Assembly: GCA_964016885.1 (NCBI GenBank)
Contig: OZ024744.1
Span: 61,752,001 to 61,816,000 of the forward strand
Direction: 5' to 3'
Source: Eledone cirrhosa
Taxonomy: Eukaryota
Length of the DNA: 64,000 nucleotides
Positions 1 to 13,930 of this stretch are shown here, piece by piece. The position numbers were made by a program, and so were the translations under genes. Under the pieces are notes generated by a model. That model saw nothing but the letters and a program-made list of their open reading frames with translations. It made no database searches and was not told the origin of the DNA. How positions within the stretch are numbered: the stretch's first letter is position 1; every line of letters starts with the position of its first letter.

Positions 1-570
1 AGGATAGCGAGAGCCAAGAAGAAGATAAATGAGGCCAACTCTTGGTATGTAATGTTCATCAATGCTACCTCCAGAGGCGAACTAGCATACAGATTTAGAA
101 GGGCTCTGGACAAATTAAAATTAAATATTAAAATAGAAAAACCAGATATTCCCATAGAAGCCTTGATTAGTAGAATGTACCCTTTCAAAAAAAGCCCATG
201 CACTAATAGAAAATGTATAGTCTGCAAATTAAACCCACAGCTTAACTGTAAAACTAGGAACGTAGTATATAGCATAAGATTCATGGAGAAACAGTGTAGG
301 AATAGGAACACAACATATATAGGTGAGATGGCCCATAGTATAGGAGAAAGAACACTGGCAAGAACTCAATGGTGAGAAAACCTCATCAGTACTCCATCAC
401 ATGCCAGGATGGAACATGGAGCATCACTAAAGAATACTGAAATATAAATTATATCTAAACACAGAACAGACACAATGCTCTAACAAATTACTGAGGTGAC
501 AATCATAAACAAATTTCAACCAAGACTAAATAGAAAGCATGAACAGATTAGTAACATCTATAAAGACAAA
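1..570 (+). mobile_element. Penelope-like element fragment, GIY-YIG endonuclease end (degenerate)
   Basis: ORF 52..375 reads CTNRKCIVC...NCKTRNVVYSI...YIGE, the Cys linker plus GIY-YIG motif. It continues after a frameshift to ...INKFQPRLNRK. Confidence 0.75.
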
Positions 571-711
571 TAAAGACACACAAGAACAAAACTAATAAGA
601 TGAATAAACATACTCCACCCCCACAACCACCACACATAGAGATAGAACAAATAACCAACTAGTGACATATTGGAAAGAAAGAAGAGAAGGAAAATAAATA
701 AATGTATAAAT

Positions 712-950
712 CATCATCATCATCATCATCATCATCTTCACCATTTTACATCAATGTTTCCACGCTAGCATGGGTTAGACAGGTTGTCCTGTTGTGGGCA
801 ATACCCGGTCAAGTGACCATGTCTTGCTCATACAGAAGTGATTTTAGCTTGATTTCTACAGCTGGATGCCCTTCTTAACACCAACCTCATTTAAAGTGAG
901 TACTGGGTGCTTTTTTGCTGTGGCGCCTACACGACCACTTTGCAGTGGGA
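712..950 (-). mobile_element. 3' part of RTE-tailed SINE with (ATG)n tail
   Basis: Contains ctacagctggatgcccttc and ccacgctagcatggg and abuts (CAT)n. Matches the full copy at 62673-63004. Confidence 0.65.
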
Positions 951-1029
951 GGGGCATGGGGGCATATTGTCTATATGCATATTGTATACAAGCTTCAGCT
1001 TGTACCCGTGGGAAGTCAGGTCATCTGTA

Positions 1030-1790
1030 TTACTGCGTAATGTCAGAGGTCTCGGTCCTGTGGCGTCATCTTTGAGAGGTGCAATTGGGCAAGGTCAGCT
1101 TTTATCACCTCATCCCAGGTCTTCTTGGGTCTCCCCACTCCAAAGTTTCCATCGACTTCTAGTGCTCTGCACCTTTTTATGCAGCTGTCATCCTTCATAC
1201 ACATCACATGTCCATACCAACACAACCTCCTCTCCTGCACACACCATTTGATTCCTCTTATGCTCAGTCTCTCTCTCAATATATAAATAAACAAACACAC
1301 ACACTTGGATATAATGCATGTGCAGACAAGATGATGTAAAACAGAAAAAAAGAGAAGTCACAAAGTAACAACAAAAGAAGTCATTGGGGAGGTCACAGTA
1401 TGTGTAACAAAAGAGCTTTGACAAATAAACAACTATCCAGTTATAAGTAGCTTCCTGAACTTTTTCCATCCCATTTTCACTCTGGCTACTATACATTCAG
1501 AACACCCACCTTCACTGTTAATTTGGTCACCTTGGTAACAGAAACTATCAGCTACTTCTACAGAGCCCTCACTACTTATTTCTCCTGTGCATCGACTACA
1601 TACAAAAACTATCATTCTTTGCTAGCCTGCCTGTGATCCAACTACATCTCTGGTGTACCCATAATTTTTGGAAAATGGTATGGAATTTCTACCTACTCTT
1701 TTGTTGCACCCTGAACTAGGCCATTTCTATGATGGAATTCGGGCCCTGTTTTCCTTTCTACATAGAGTCTCAATTCTATGTCATCTCCTT
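1030..1790 (-). mobile_element. RTE-clade LINE ORF2 fragments (PHD-like finger, RT thumb, C-terminus)
   Basis: Translations ERRLCWYGHVM...GRPKKTWDEVI and FVCSRC...DSFCYQGDQI...GWKKFRKLL. Interrupted at about 1280-1435. Confidence 0.8.
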
Positions 1791-2059
1791 TGTGAGGTTT
1801 ATTTGTGCACTGTCAGCATTTATCACTACATCCCAAGCTTTCCTAGGTCCTCGTCTTCCATAGTTTCCATCAATTTTGAGTATCCTGTACCTTTTTATAC
1901 ATTATCTGATGTGCTCCGAGGAAACTAAGCATATATGAATGGCTTTTGAAGGCAGTACAAGCCATGTATAGAGGAGAAGTCAACAAGGTTAGTGTAGTGA
2001 AGAGGGTAGTAGATGGAGAAACAGGGGAATTCAAAGATTATTTTATGCCATGCTTAGTG

Positions 2060-2200
2060 AAGGCACATGGTTTTGTGATTAGAGCTTTGGGCTTAAAATG
2101 ATGAGGTTGTGAATTCGATTCCTGGATTCAGCAGCATGTTGTGTCCTTCAGCAAAACACTTTGTTTTATGTTGCTCTAGTTCACAGCAGGAAAAAAAGAG
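2060..2200 (+). mobile_element. tRNA-derived SINE head
   Basis: A-box-like tggttttgtgatt and B-box-like aattcgattcc, followed by tgtccttcagcaaaacacttt as in other SINE copies. Confidence 0.55.
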
Positions 2201-2658
2201 TTTCAGTGTCACTGGTGCTAAGCTGTATCGGATTTAGCCTTTCCCTTGAACAACATGGTAGGGAGGGGGGATGATTGCTTGTCTTTCATAAACAATCTTG
2301 CCCGGGCTTGTATGTTGGATTGGAACTTTCTGGCAGCAAACCAAATGATCAACTATGAGCAAAAGGGGCCTCTGCCCACCCTCCACTGATGCCTGTCAGT
2401 TTTTATCACTTCATCCCAAGCTTTCCTAGGTCTTCTTCCATAATCTCTGTCAATTTTGAGTGTCCTATATCATCATCATCATCATCATCATGTTCACTTT
2501 TCCACACTAGCATGGGTTAGACGGATTGTCTCATTTGAAGCAAGTTGGATGAGGTGACCATGTCTTGCTCAGATAGAACTGTTTCTGGCTTGGCTTCTAT
2601 GGCTGAATGCCCTTCCTAACGCTATATAAATATATATATATATACATACATATATATA

Positions 2659-3092
2659 TGGTATTTTGCATGAGGCATTGTGGAATATAAAGATACAAAT
2701 ACAAATACAAAATACGTTTGATTATTTGAAAGCCTAACAATGCTTGTTTGGCCAAAATGCCAAGGTAATAAGAAAATAAGATAACAAGTTGGCGGCCACC
2801 TCTTGCTCATTTTTCTAATAATCTACGAAATCTCTTCACGGTTGCAAATGGACCTGGCTCAGGTGTAAGGACAATAGGGTATGGTATTTTGCTAGAAGCA
2901 TTGTGGAAGATATAAATACAAATATGAAATACGTTTGATTATTTGCAACCGTGAAGGGACTTCATAGATTATTGGAGAAATAAGCAAGGGCTGTCTTCCA
3001 GCTTCTTATCCTACTTTCTTATAACCTTGACATTTTTACCAAACACGCATGATCAGGATTCCAAATAATCAAGCGTATTTTGTATTTGTATC
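2659..3092. repeat. Foldback element with about 150-bp inverted arms and a short direct duplication
   Basis: About 2693-2848 is the diverged reverse complement of about 2940-3092. About 2659-2727 is repeated directly at about 2881-2945. Flanked by (TA)n. Confidence 0.75.
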
Positions 3093-3479
3093 GCATATAT
3101 ATATATATTGCATATATGATGTTAGTAACCTCTGTCATTTACATTCAGCTAATTTATTTACATTATTCTTAACTCCGAAGCTGAGAATCATTCGGTTTCC
3201 TAAATAGAATATTAGTCTAATGGCTCCATTTATACCATAAAGGTGGTTTTGTCTTTGTGTGTAATTGTTCTCATCACTCCACATGATGACGTATTATCTT
3301 TGCTTTTTTCCATTCATTGCCAGGGAACGCCTCCACGAACCAAAGTATCGTCGTCCTGTTTTCCTTTGGCTGCAACGTTTTTCGAAATATTTACTTCTGC
3401 GTTCACAGATTGATTTTTTTTTAGTTTCAGAAGATCCCATTAAGGATGAAAGCAGCGATTCTTTGCTTAAACTTTAATC

Positions 3480-3800
3480 CTTTGGTCATGAATGACCATA
3501 GTTTTGCACCTAGAAAGTTCCTCTCCAAAGCATAAGCCTAGACAAGGTATGTTTGTGGAAGACCAGCAGTCACCCATGCGTACCAGTCTCCCCTCTCCAC
3601 ACCACTAATGTTGTCCAAGGGAAAGGTAATGGCTGATACAGCTTGACACCAGTGATGATGCAACTCATTTCTACAGCTGAGTGAACTGAAGCAACATGAA
3701 ATAAAGTGTTTTGCTCAAGAACACAATGCACTGCCCAGTCCAGGATTCAAACTCACAACCTTACGATTGTAAGTTCAACACTCTAACCACTAAACCATGT
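3480..3800 (-). mobile_element. tRNA-derived SINE
   Basis: Minus strand has tggtttagtggttagag (A box), gagtttgaatcc (B box) and ttcttgagcaaaacactttatttca core. Confidence 0.7.
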
Positions 3801-4049
3801 GTATACACACACATATATGTATATATGTGTATGTATATGTATGTATATATAATGCTCACTGACATTCACACATACATATTTATGCAATTATAAAGTGTAG
3901 TGGATTGAGTATGTGTAAGTATGCATGTATGCTTATAACCCTTTTAATACTAAATTGCCTGAAACCAACTCTGGCTCTACTATACAAAACCCTCCATTAT
4001 TATTTTATGTATGAGCTTTTGTTAAGTTAAGTTCAAAACATTACCTTAA

Positions 4050-4575
4050 TAATAATTTCTTTATTATCCACAATGGCAGAAAACATTGAGGGCAATACAA
4101 TAAACAGGGACAGAGGTGATTTACATAGAAACTTGTAAACAAAGAACAGAAAAACAGATAAAAATTCACAGCAAATTAATAATGACAGAATACCCCAATA
4201 AAGGAGAGATTTTCTAGGGCAGTGGTTGCCAACCATGGTCTGCAGAAAAATTTTAATGTATTTATCTTTTTAAAAAATTTCATATTAGTGGTCCATGGGA
4301 TTAAAATTATGACTTTAGTGGTCCATGAGGCCCAAAAGGTTGGCGACCGCTGATCTAGGGGTAATTAACAAACCTCACAGATGTGAAAACATCCTGATGA
4401 CCAAGGGCACCATAGGGAAGTGCTTCTCTTCCCTCTCTTCTCTGTAGCTTAAGGTGCAAACTTAGAATAGACCCATAAACTTGAATCATTCTCACTACAT
4501 TCACTCTCCTTTTAACAAATATACTAGGAGGCAGCCCTTTCCTCTCTGCCCTTACCTTTCTTTCCAAGTGGAATT
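4050..4575 (-). mobile_element. Tx1-clade LINE 3' fragment at an AATAAT site
   Basis: ORF MERKVRAERKGLPPSIFVKRRVNVVRM resembles the ORF2 C-terminus at 37192-37310. 3' UTR ends aataaagaaattattatt. Confidence 0.7.
4220..4352. mobile_element. hAT (Charlie-type) MITE
   Basis: TIRs cagtggttgccaacc / ggttggcgaccgctg and 8-bp TSD ttctaggg / atctaggg. Confidence 0.85.
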
Positions 4576-5163
4576 TTTAAAAGTCAACAGATATCAACTG
4601 AATAATGAGAAAGTTTTGTATTTTACTAAATCCTTTCAAATTTTTGATTATTTTCCAAATGATGTGAAAACCATAGACAGTGTCTTTTATTAGAAATATG
4701 ATAATAAATGGGTTAATCAGCACACCCATGCCCTATTTGAAATGTCATACGTCACACATTTGATAGCTGAGGTATATTTGAAAAAAATAAATAGCTTATT
4801 ATCATTATTTTTTTTCACTTTTTTGTGAGAGTGTTTTGTTCTGCTAAAGTATATCATGAAAACATGTTGATGGTGCTGATTTTATGGTTAATCAGAAAAT
4901 ACTAACTTCCAAGCTTGACTATATACTATTCTCAGAATTACAGGATTAGAAAAGAAAAAAAAAGAAAATGAAAGAGAATCACAATAAATAAATAAAAATT
5001 TAGCAAACACACATACAAAACACACACAAAAAAAAGAAAGCAACATCAGAAGGAAGAAATGTTCTTGTAATACTTGAAGTATGTGACTCATGTCTCTGTT
5101 GAAATTGAATTATATATATATGTGTGTGTGTGTGTGCATATAAATTATATATATCATTTATAT

Positions 5164-5164
<1 letters not shown>

Positions 5165-5230
<66 letters not shown>
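5165..5230. repeat. (CA)n microsatellite
   Basis: Directly visible. One of many dinucleotide tracts, also at 7537-7643, 17590-17757, 19624-19690 and 34693-34757. Confidence 0.95.
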
Positions 5231-5233
<3 letters not shown>

Positions 5234-5679
5234 GCGCATGTGTGTGTGTGTGTATTTTTTTTCAAGAACCAAATGAAAATAAACCAAAGGTCAACTACAT
5301 TAGACAATTTTGGCAGGAACTTCCTTGTTGTAGCTTTGTTGTAGTTGTTAGTGGGGGTAATGGTGTTGACATTGTTGCTGTTGTTGTTATTGCTGGTGGT
5401 AGTGATGGCTTTGTTGTTGTTGCTGGTGGTGCGGCAGTGGCATTATTGTTGTTATTGGTGACCTAATGTTATGGATGTTGGGGAATGGTTGCTGTCATTA
5501 TCTACTTTGGTGGTTAAGTTGTTGATGTTGTTATTGTTGTTGTTGGTGGTGGAGGAGGTCTAGTGTTTGGTAGTTGTAGTTGGGATTGTTGTTTGTTGTT
5601 ATTTACTATGGTGGTTTCATATTGTTGTAGGGATTATGTTGTTGTTTACTCATAGCTTAATCATGAGGACATAAACTAA

Positions 5680-6430
5680 CAATCTGAATTATAACTAAAG
5701 CACAGGGGACCCAAACTCACATTAGGCAATATATCTTTTTTAAGATTGTCTCTATGTGCTACCCTCCATTACATATTTGACAACGTCCCATCTCTTAATC
5801 ACTTCCCTCTTTCCTATTCACAATACCAAACAGCCCATGCAACTAGCGATGGCCCTGGATATGTTAAGCCCTCTCATCTCTCGGACCACCACCACCCCTT
5901 GCTCCTATTTATTACACCATGCCACCTGTGTAACAAAGGATAACATTAGATCTGACTCTATTCAATATCCCAAACTTTACACTAATCCTCTATCACTTTA
6001 CCTCTATCCCATCTTGACGTCTGCCTATGAAGGAGTACATCACATTTGTTCAGTTCTGATACACCCTATCCCACCTTTCTTTGCTACCAGCCAACACTCC
6101 CTTGCCCCCAAGCCATGCCTTGATATTCGTTACCCATTTCTATCACTGGCTATCAGTGAGTCTCTTTCTTGCAAGCATGCATGTCACTCTATAACAGACT
6201 CTTTTCCATTACTCCTTCCTCTGCACTCTGTTTCTGCCATCATATTCATGCTTCCTTCTTTCATTACTTTCTCTCTCACTCTCTCCCATCTTACCCTTGC
6301 ACCTTTTCCCCAGTCACAGTGATTCTTCTTATTTCATTGCTCTCTCTTTTATTTTTCTTCTTATTCATGTTGCCTTGAATGAACCAAGACAGTGTTTATT
6401 TGAGCTCTTTAGTCTTGAAAGATACAAGTC
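5680..6430 (+). mobile_element. Highly degraded Penelope-like element fragment
   Basis: Remnant resembling the PLE S(I/L)PYSQ motif, with a pyrimidine-rich 3' region like that at 58180-59090. Confidence 0.35.
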
Positions 6431-6689
6431 AAATTCCCTTGTGTTAGTGTCATGATAAACCTTCTTCATTACACTCTGCAGTCGTTACAGTAGTTAGTCA
6501 AACAACTAGAGGCAATGTTGTGTTAAAGAACACTTTAGTTCTGTTGAGGACATCATGACAACCTTTCTAGTGTTCATACTACTATAAAATACATCCAGTA
6601 TGTTCAGTAAAGTGGTTGGTGTTTGGACTGGCATTTAACTGTAGAATTAATACCAAAAGTAGAACACACAAGTGAGATGTGAACCTTAT

Positions 6690-7647
<958 letters not shown>

Positions 7648-7669
7648 ATATGGTGGTGGTGAGAGATTC

Positions 7670-7912
7670 TGTAACATTTTAATAGTTTTCATTATGATGT
7701 GAACCTTTTTTGCAATAATTGTTTGTTCTGGTTGGTTGCCTCTTCTTAGCAATCACAACTCAACTGTGACAAAGTGGGTGTGGTCCCTATTATTATTAAA
7801 GAAATAACTTCTCATTCCCTTTGCTTGATGTAAACTCCACTTTGTGTTATGTTGTTTTGATTTTTGTCCTTGTATTGTCCCCATCTTTGTGTGCCCTTGT
7901 GTCTAATAAAAA
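7670..7912 (+). mobile_element. Tx1-clade LINE 3' UTR fragment
   Basis: ttgtattgtccccatctttgtgtgcccttgtgtctaataaa matches the 3' ends at 11205, 42170 and 44197. Followed by ATT/ATC repeats. Confidence 0.55.
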
Positions 7913-8521
7913 AATCACCCTCATTATTTTTGTTATTTTTGTTGTTGTTACTATTATCATCATCATCATCATCATCATCACCACCATTATCATCATCATC
8001 ATCATCATCACCATCATCATCATTATGTTGTTGATATTACTATTATTATTGTTACTGTTGTTGTTTAGGCAATGGAAACAGCAAGCAAATCAATCTGCAG
8101 CCACCCCCATCTCAAAAGAATAAGGGGGCCGAACACAGTACCCACGAGCAGGAGAGTGAGTTAAGTTTAACACTTTCATCCCCAGCTCTCTTTTACTACT
8201 TACACCACATTAAATTTAATTATCATCACGTACCTGGCTGCTCTCTCCATTCTATTCCAGCTCCCAGCTTTATATACATCATCAACATAATTTTTTACTT
8301 GTTTTTACATGGTGGCGTGGGTTGGACAGGTCTTCTTCAGCTTTGGGTCTTCTCCGGTATAGCTTCCCCAGCTCATTGCATTCCTTCATTTATATATATC
8401 TATATCTCTTTATCTGTCTGTCTCCCTCACTCTCTCTCTTTCGAGATGGCTGACTGAATACCCGCGTTTTTTCTCCTCATTTTTCTTTTTACTTTCTATT
8501 TATCTTCTATTTCTAACTCTA

Positions 8522-8557
8522 TCTTCTGATGAAGGACTAGTGTCCAAAACGTTAAGA
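8522..8557 (+). ncRNA. Degenerate minimal hammerhead ribozyme motif (PLE-terminal type)
   Basis: tctt-CTGATGA-a-ggac(tagt)gtcc-AAAAC-GTT-aaga. Stems I and II pair, but the GAAAC core has lost its G. Confidence 0.5.
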
Positions 8558-8665
8558 CTTTCTTCCTGCTATTTCAAGCATTAAACTAATATATTTCTTC
8601 CATGTACTGTGCCATTAGTTTTGTTATTTCTATTTATCTTTTTTTGACCTTTTACATATATATAA

Positions 8666-8950
8666 CAAGGATAAAGATCCCATACCTCCTTGTGGAGTCG
8701 TAGAGGCACCGTCATACGGCATGTCTAAGGCACTTTTAAACCTGGTGGAGCCCAACCCTCCCCAGGTCTGAACACAGCCTATTTTTCTATAGAAGAAGAA
8801 TTGACTCTAGTACTGGACTGGTACTTTTTTTATCGACCTTGAAAGGATGAAAGTTGACGAAGGTGGGATTTGAATTCAGAGTACGCATTGAGGTGGGACA
8901 AATACCATAAAGTATTCTATGTGACATTCCAACATCTCTCCCAATCTGCC
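8666..8950 (-). mobile_element. tRNA-derived SINE with Nin/Deu-like core and a long alternative 3' tail
   Basis: Core ctttcatcctttcaaggtcgataaa. The tail 8666-8826 is nearly identical to 49222-49380. Confidence 0.7.
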
Positions 8951-8974
8951 TTATATATATGTGTGTGTGTGTGT

Positions 8975-9215
8975 GTATAATAACATGAATAAACCACCTT
9001 AACATTTAATTTTACATCCCTTTTGTATCATCAGAGACATTAAAAACATAGATAAATTGCTGAAGAACATCTGAGCATCACTAGAACATTATGATAACAT
9101 TATGTCATCATGATGTTACTCAAGGGGTCACCTTCATGTTATGTATATTTTTAATGTCTCTATGAATACAAAAGGGATGTAAAGTTAAATTTTAAGGGGT
9201 TGTATTCGTTTTTAT
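8975..9215. repeat. Foldback palindrome
   Basis: tttacatcccttttgtat...agagacattaaaaa pairs with tttttaatgtctct...atacaaaagggatgtaaa. Confidence 0.8.
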
Positions 9216-10169
9216 GCTCAGAACTTAGTATTAGCAAGTTAATGAACATTTTCCACTTACTATATCCTTCAAATTTCGTTTATTGAAGCATGAATAAGAC
9301 TAATAAATATGTCTTAAATTCCTTCATAATACATGCATTTACCATGACTTGTTTATACCTTGCCTACCCAACCCACACATACAAGCACGGAAGCTGGACA
9401 TGCTCTACATCTGATCTCCATAATGCTATTGCTACGACAAAAAGCACTAAGTCCACCCTGTAAACTGATCTGGTGCCACAACAACAAAAATACCCACTCC
9501 ACACTGTAATGTGGTTGGCATTATGAAGAGCATCCAACTGTAGAAAACAAACCAAAATACAGATCCGTATGACTTGGTCACCTGACCTGACCTGACTTGT
9601 CTCATAATGACACAATCTGTCTAACCCATGTTAAATAATGATGTTGATAGTTCAAGATAAACAAGGTGAGCACAAATAACACAAAGTCTTATTAGTTTCA
9701 TGCTGATTGGTAAAGGAAAATCAATAACGTTTGTGTATACGTGTGCTTGTTAGGGATTTGACAAAAAGGGACTGCTAAGTGGCAGAACATAAACAAACAG
9801 TAATGCTTGTGAGGTGGTGTCAACATAAATACACGCACATCATCATCATTATTTTATGCCCTCTTTTCTATCCTGGCCAGTGTTGGGCAATTTGATACAG
9901 ACCAAGTTACTTAATTGTAGCTACTCTCTTCTTAGTTAGGCCAGAAAACATGTATCACACCGCAACCCTTTCTCATTTCTGTTGTTAGGTTTAACATCCT
10001 GAGATCAGACTTTACTACTTCAATCAATGTCTTCCTTGGCCTATCTCTTTAACAAGTCCTATCTACTTTGATTGCCATGCATTTCTTTATACAGCTGTCA
10101 TCTTCTATATACATCAGATACCTGTGTCAGCACAATCCCTCCTACACACTCATCTAATTCCTTTTATAA

Positions 10170-10525
10170 TAATAATTGTTTCTACTTTTGGCACAAGGCC
10201 AGCAATTACTCCAGTGCATTACTGGTACTTTATTTTATTGACCCCCATAAAGATGAAAGGCAAAGTTAACCTTGGCGGTATTTAAACTCAGAACGTAAAG
10301 AGCGATAACTCTATGCTGCAAGGCATGGTGTCTGATGCTCCACCAATACTGCGAATTCCACTGAAGCACAAAACCAACAATTTTTGTGGAAGGGGAAGTC
10401 GATTAAATTAACCCCAGTACATTACTGGGGCTTTATTCAATCGATCCTCAGCAGGATTTGAACTCAGAATGTAAAGAGCCATAACTATATGCCACAAAGC
10501 ATAATGTCCAATGCTCTAACGATTG
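10170..10525 (-). mobile_element. Two tandem Nin/Deu-core SINE copies
   Basis: Reverse complement of the SINE at 30417-30601. The first copy ends in an (ATT)n tail. Confidence 0.75.
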
Positions 10526-11204
10526 AATACAGTGCTCAGATGCACTGCAACATATATATTCAGTTTTTCTCTCAGTTTACTTATACCATGTCATTGAGGC
10601 CCACTAGCATTACATACTTACTGGAACATACTCACTTCATTACTTTCTAGCCTTTGTATGTCTTCTGCAGCCAAAGCCCATTTCTCGTCTTGACTGCTAT
10701 TTCTAAAAGTTTGAGCAGTTATATTTAGCTCTTTTATTCCATTGGTGGTTGTTTTTCAGTTTCTTTTCACTTTTTTAAAATTTTCATTTTAATCTGTTTT
10801 TTTCTTATTCATGTTTATTTTTATTTTACACTTACTTTTATTTGGTCTTTTAGAGTTTTTTCTGTCTTTTAATAGACTATTTTTTTTTCTTCTTTTAAGC
10901 AGGTGTTTCAACAATCACTCAACCATGAATATAGATTTGATTTTTTTTTTTCTTTTTTCACGCCACAGTGAAGTTGAGTAGAGTAATTCATATATATATA
11001 TATAATATATATATATAGTTGAAAATGAACAAACAAAACACAGGAGGCAATTGTACACAGTTATATTCGGTTCACACTTGGTGGAAGTGGAGGCTGAGAT
11101 AAATAGTGGAAGAGGCTGAGATGAATGGTTAGATTGACTGATGGATGGATGGAGAGAGAGATAGGCAGGTGATAAGTAGAGAGATAAATAAATACAGATA
11201 GATA

Positions 11205-11593
11205 TGTTTCTTTATTAGCCACAGGGGCACAGAAGAAGGGGACAAATACAAAGGGGGAAGTTTACATACAATAAAAACGTGTAAAATACTATCACAAATG
11301 TAATTTAAAAACCAATCGATTTTCCCCGATAGGGGGAGACGTTACATATGGGTAACACATACCCCCGAAAAAATGTGCAACCCTCATCTCCAGGAGTACG
11401 GAAGAGTTTGTACCCCTTTCCTCTCTTCCTCTTTTTCCTCAACCTACAGGCTGATATAGAGAGAAGGCCCATTCACTGGGGCCATTCTCGCCACTTTCAC
11501 CCACCTTTCATAAAACTTGCTGGGGTACAGCACCTCTCTCTCCATCCTGATTCTTCTTCCAAAGAGGTATTAGAAAAAAAGAATCAGTTGTTG
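11205..11593 (-). mobile_element. 5'-truncated Tx1-clade LINE copy flanked by GATA repeats
   Basis: Closely similar to 44197-44545 and to the 3' end of 36959-41514. GATAGATA lies on both sides. Confidence 0.85.
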
Positions 11594-12002
11594 GATAGAT
11601 AGACAGACAGGCAAACAAACAGACAATAGGTCAGATAGACAGACAGACATATAGTTATGGAATTAAATAGATACAGACAGACAGGCAATTAGTCAGATAG
11701 ACAAAACGCCATACAGATAAACAATCAGACAGACAGATAGGCAGATAGATAGGTAAGAAGATAGTCACACACACACATACAGACACACGTGCGCGCACTG
11801 ATACATACAAACACACGTGTATGCGTGCACTGACACAGACATACAGAGATTTATAGATAGTAAACATAATGGATGCAGTGAACTCAACCATCCCAGCTAT
11901 CCCATCATCTTTCCTGTTGACAGAGGTGAACAATAAACTATTGTATATAATGCTTCCCTCCCCCTCCTCATTATCATCATCATCTCCCCTCCCCCCCAGG
12001 AG

Positions 12003-13770
12003 TTGTAGGAGTCACAACAAAAAACACCCAGCCCACACTGTAAAGTGGTCGTGTAGGTGTCACAACAACAAGCACCCACCACACACTTTAAAGTGGTCAT
12101 GTAGGTGTCACAACAAAAAGCACCCAGCCCACACTGTAAAGTGGTCATGTAGGTGTCACAACAAAAAACACCCAGCACACACTGTAAAGTGGTCATGTAG
12201 GTGTCACAACAACAAGCACCCAGCACACACTGTAAAGTGGTCGTGTAGGTGTCACAACAAAAAGCACCCAGCCCACACTGTAAAGTGGTCATGTAGGTGT
12301 CACAACAAAAAGCACCCAGCACACACTGTAAAGTGGTCATGTAGGTGTCACAACAAAAAGCATCCAGCACACACTGTAAAGTGGTCATGTAGGTGTCACA
12401 ACAAAAAGCACCCAGCCCACACTGTAAAGTGGTCATGTAGGAGTCACAACAAAAAGCACCCAGCACACACTGTAAAGTGGTCATGTAGGTGTCACAACAA
12501 AAAGCACCCAGCACACACTGTAAAGTGGTCATGTAGGTGTCACAACAACAAGCACCCAGCACACACTGTAAAGTGGTCGTGTAGGTGTCACAACAAAAAG
12601 CACCCAGCCCACACTGTAAAGTGGTCATGTAGGTGTCACAACAAAAAGCACCCAGCACACACAGTAAAGTGGTCATGTAGGTGTCACAACAAAAAGCACC
12701 CACCCCACCATGTAGAGTGGTCATGTAGGTGTCACAACAAAAAGCATCCAGCACACACTGTAAAGTGGTCATGTAGGTGTCACAACAAAAAGCACCCAGC
12801 CCACACTGTAAAGTGGTCATGTAGGAGTCACAACAAAAAGCACCCAGCACACACTGTAAAGTGGTCATGTAGGTGTCACAACAAAAAGCACCCAGCACAC
12901 ACTGTAAAGTGGTCATGTAGGTGTCACAACAAAAAGCACCCACCCCACCATGTAGAGTGGTCATGTAGGTGTCACAACAAAAAGCACCCAGCACACACTG
13001 TAAAGTGGTCATGTAGGTGTCACAACAAAAAACACCCAGCACACACTGTAAAGTGGTCATGTAGGTGTCACAACAAAAAGCACCCAGCCCACACTGTAAA
13101 GTGGTCATGTAGGAGTCACAACAAAAAGCACCCAGCCCACACTGTAAAGTGGTCATGTAGGTGTCACAACAAAAAGCACCCAGTCCACACTGTAAAGTGG
13201 TCATGTAGGAGTCACAACAAAAAGCACCCAGTCCACACTGTAGAGTGGTCATGTAGGAGTCACAACAAAAAGCACCCAGCCCACACTGTAGAGTGGTCAT
13301 GTAGGAGTCACAACAAAAAGCACCCAGCCTACACTGAAAAGTGGTCATGTAGGAGTCACAACAAAAAGCGCCCAACCTACACTGTAAAGTGGTCATGTAG
13401 GTGTCACAACAAAAAGCACCCAGCCCACACTGTAGAGTGGTCATGTAGGAGTCACAACAAAAAGCACCCAACCTACACTGTAAAGTGGTCATGTAGGAGT
13501 CACAACAAAAAGCACCCACCCCACCATGTAGAGTGGTCATGTAGGAGTCACAACAAAAAGCACCCAGCCCACACTGTAGAGTGGTCAAGTAGGAGTCACA
13601 ACAAAAAGCACCCAGCCCACACTGTAAAGTGGGCATGTAGGAGTCACAACAAAAAGCACCCACCCCACCATGTAGAGTGGTCATGTAGGAGTCACAACAA
13701 AAAGCACACAACCTACACTGTAGAGTGGTCAAGTAGGAGTCACAACAAAAAGCACCCAGTCCACACTGTA
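12003..13770. repeat. 48-bp minisatellite, about 37 units, derived from a SINE internal repeat
   Basis: Unit cacaacaaaaagcacccagc(a/c)cacactgtaaagtggtcatgtagg(t/a)gt. Unit starts run from 12013 to 13741 in exact 48-bp phase. Confidence 0.97.
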
Positions 13771-13930
13771 AATGTGGTTGGTGTTAGGAAGGGCATTCAG
13801 CTGTATAAATTTAGCCAGAAACAGTTCTGCATGAACAGGGTATGGTCACCTGACACAACTTGCCTCAAATGGGACAACATGTCTAACCCATGCTAGTGTG
13901 GAAAGTGGATGTTAAACGATGATGATGATA
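13771..13930 (+). mobile_element. 3' end of the SINE hosting the minisatellite (RTE-derived tail)
   Basis: tggttggtgttaggaagggcattcagctgta...catgctagtgtggaaagtggatgttaaacgatgatgatg. Confidence 0.8.

Larger units (their letters stand above)
3937..4716. mobile_element. piggyBac-like MITE carrying nested insertions
   Basis: Ends taaccctttt ... aatgggttaa. Body resembles the MITE copies at 25570-26320. Confidence 0.5.

Noticed and set aside
12003-13770. CRISPR array
   Set aside because: Units are contiguous tandem repeats with no unique spacers.
11869-13896. 675-aa (+) and 611-aa (-) Cys/His-rich ORFs as genuine zinc-finger or metallothionein-like genes
   Set aside because: Both are translations of a 48-bp SINE-derived minisatellite that happens to lack stops. 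The ORF ends run into SINE tail and simple-repeat sequence.
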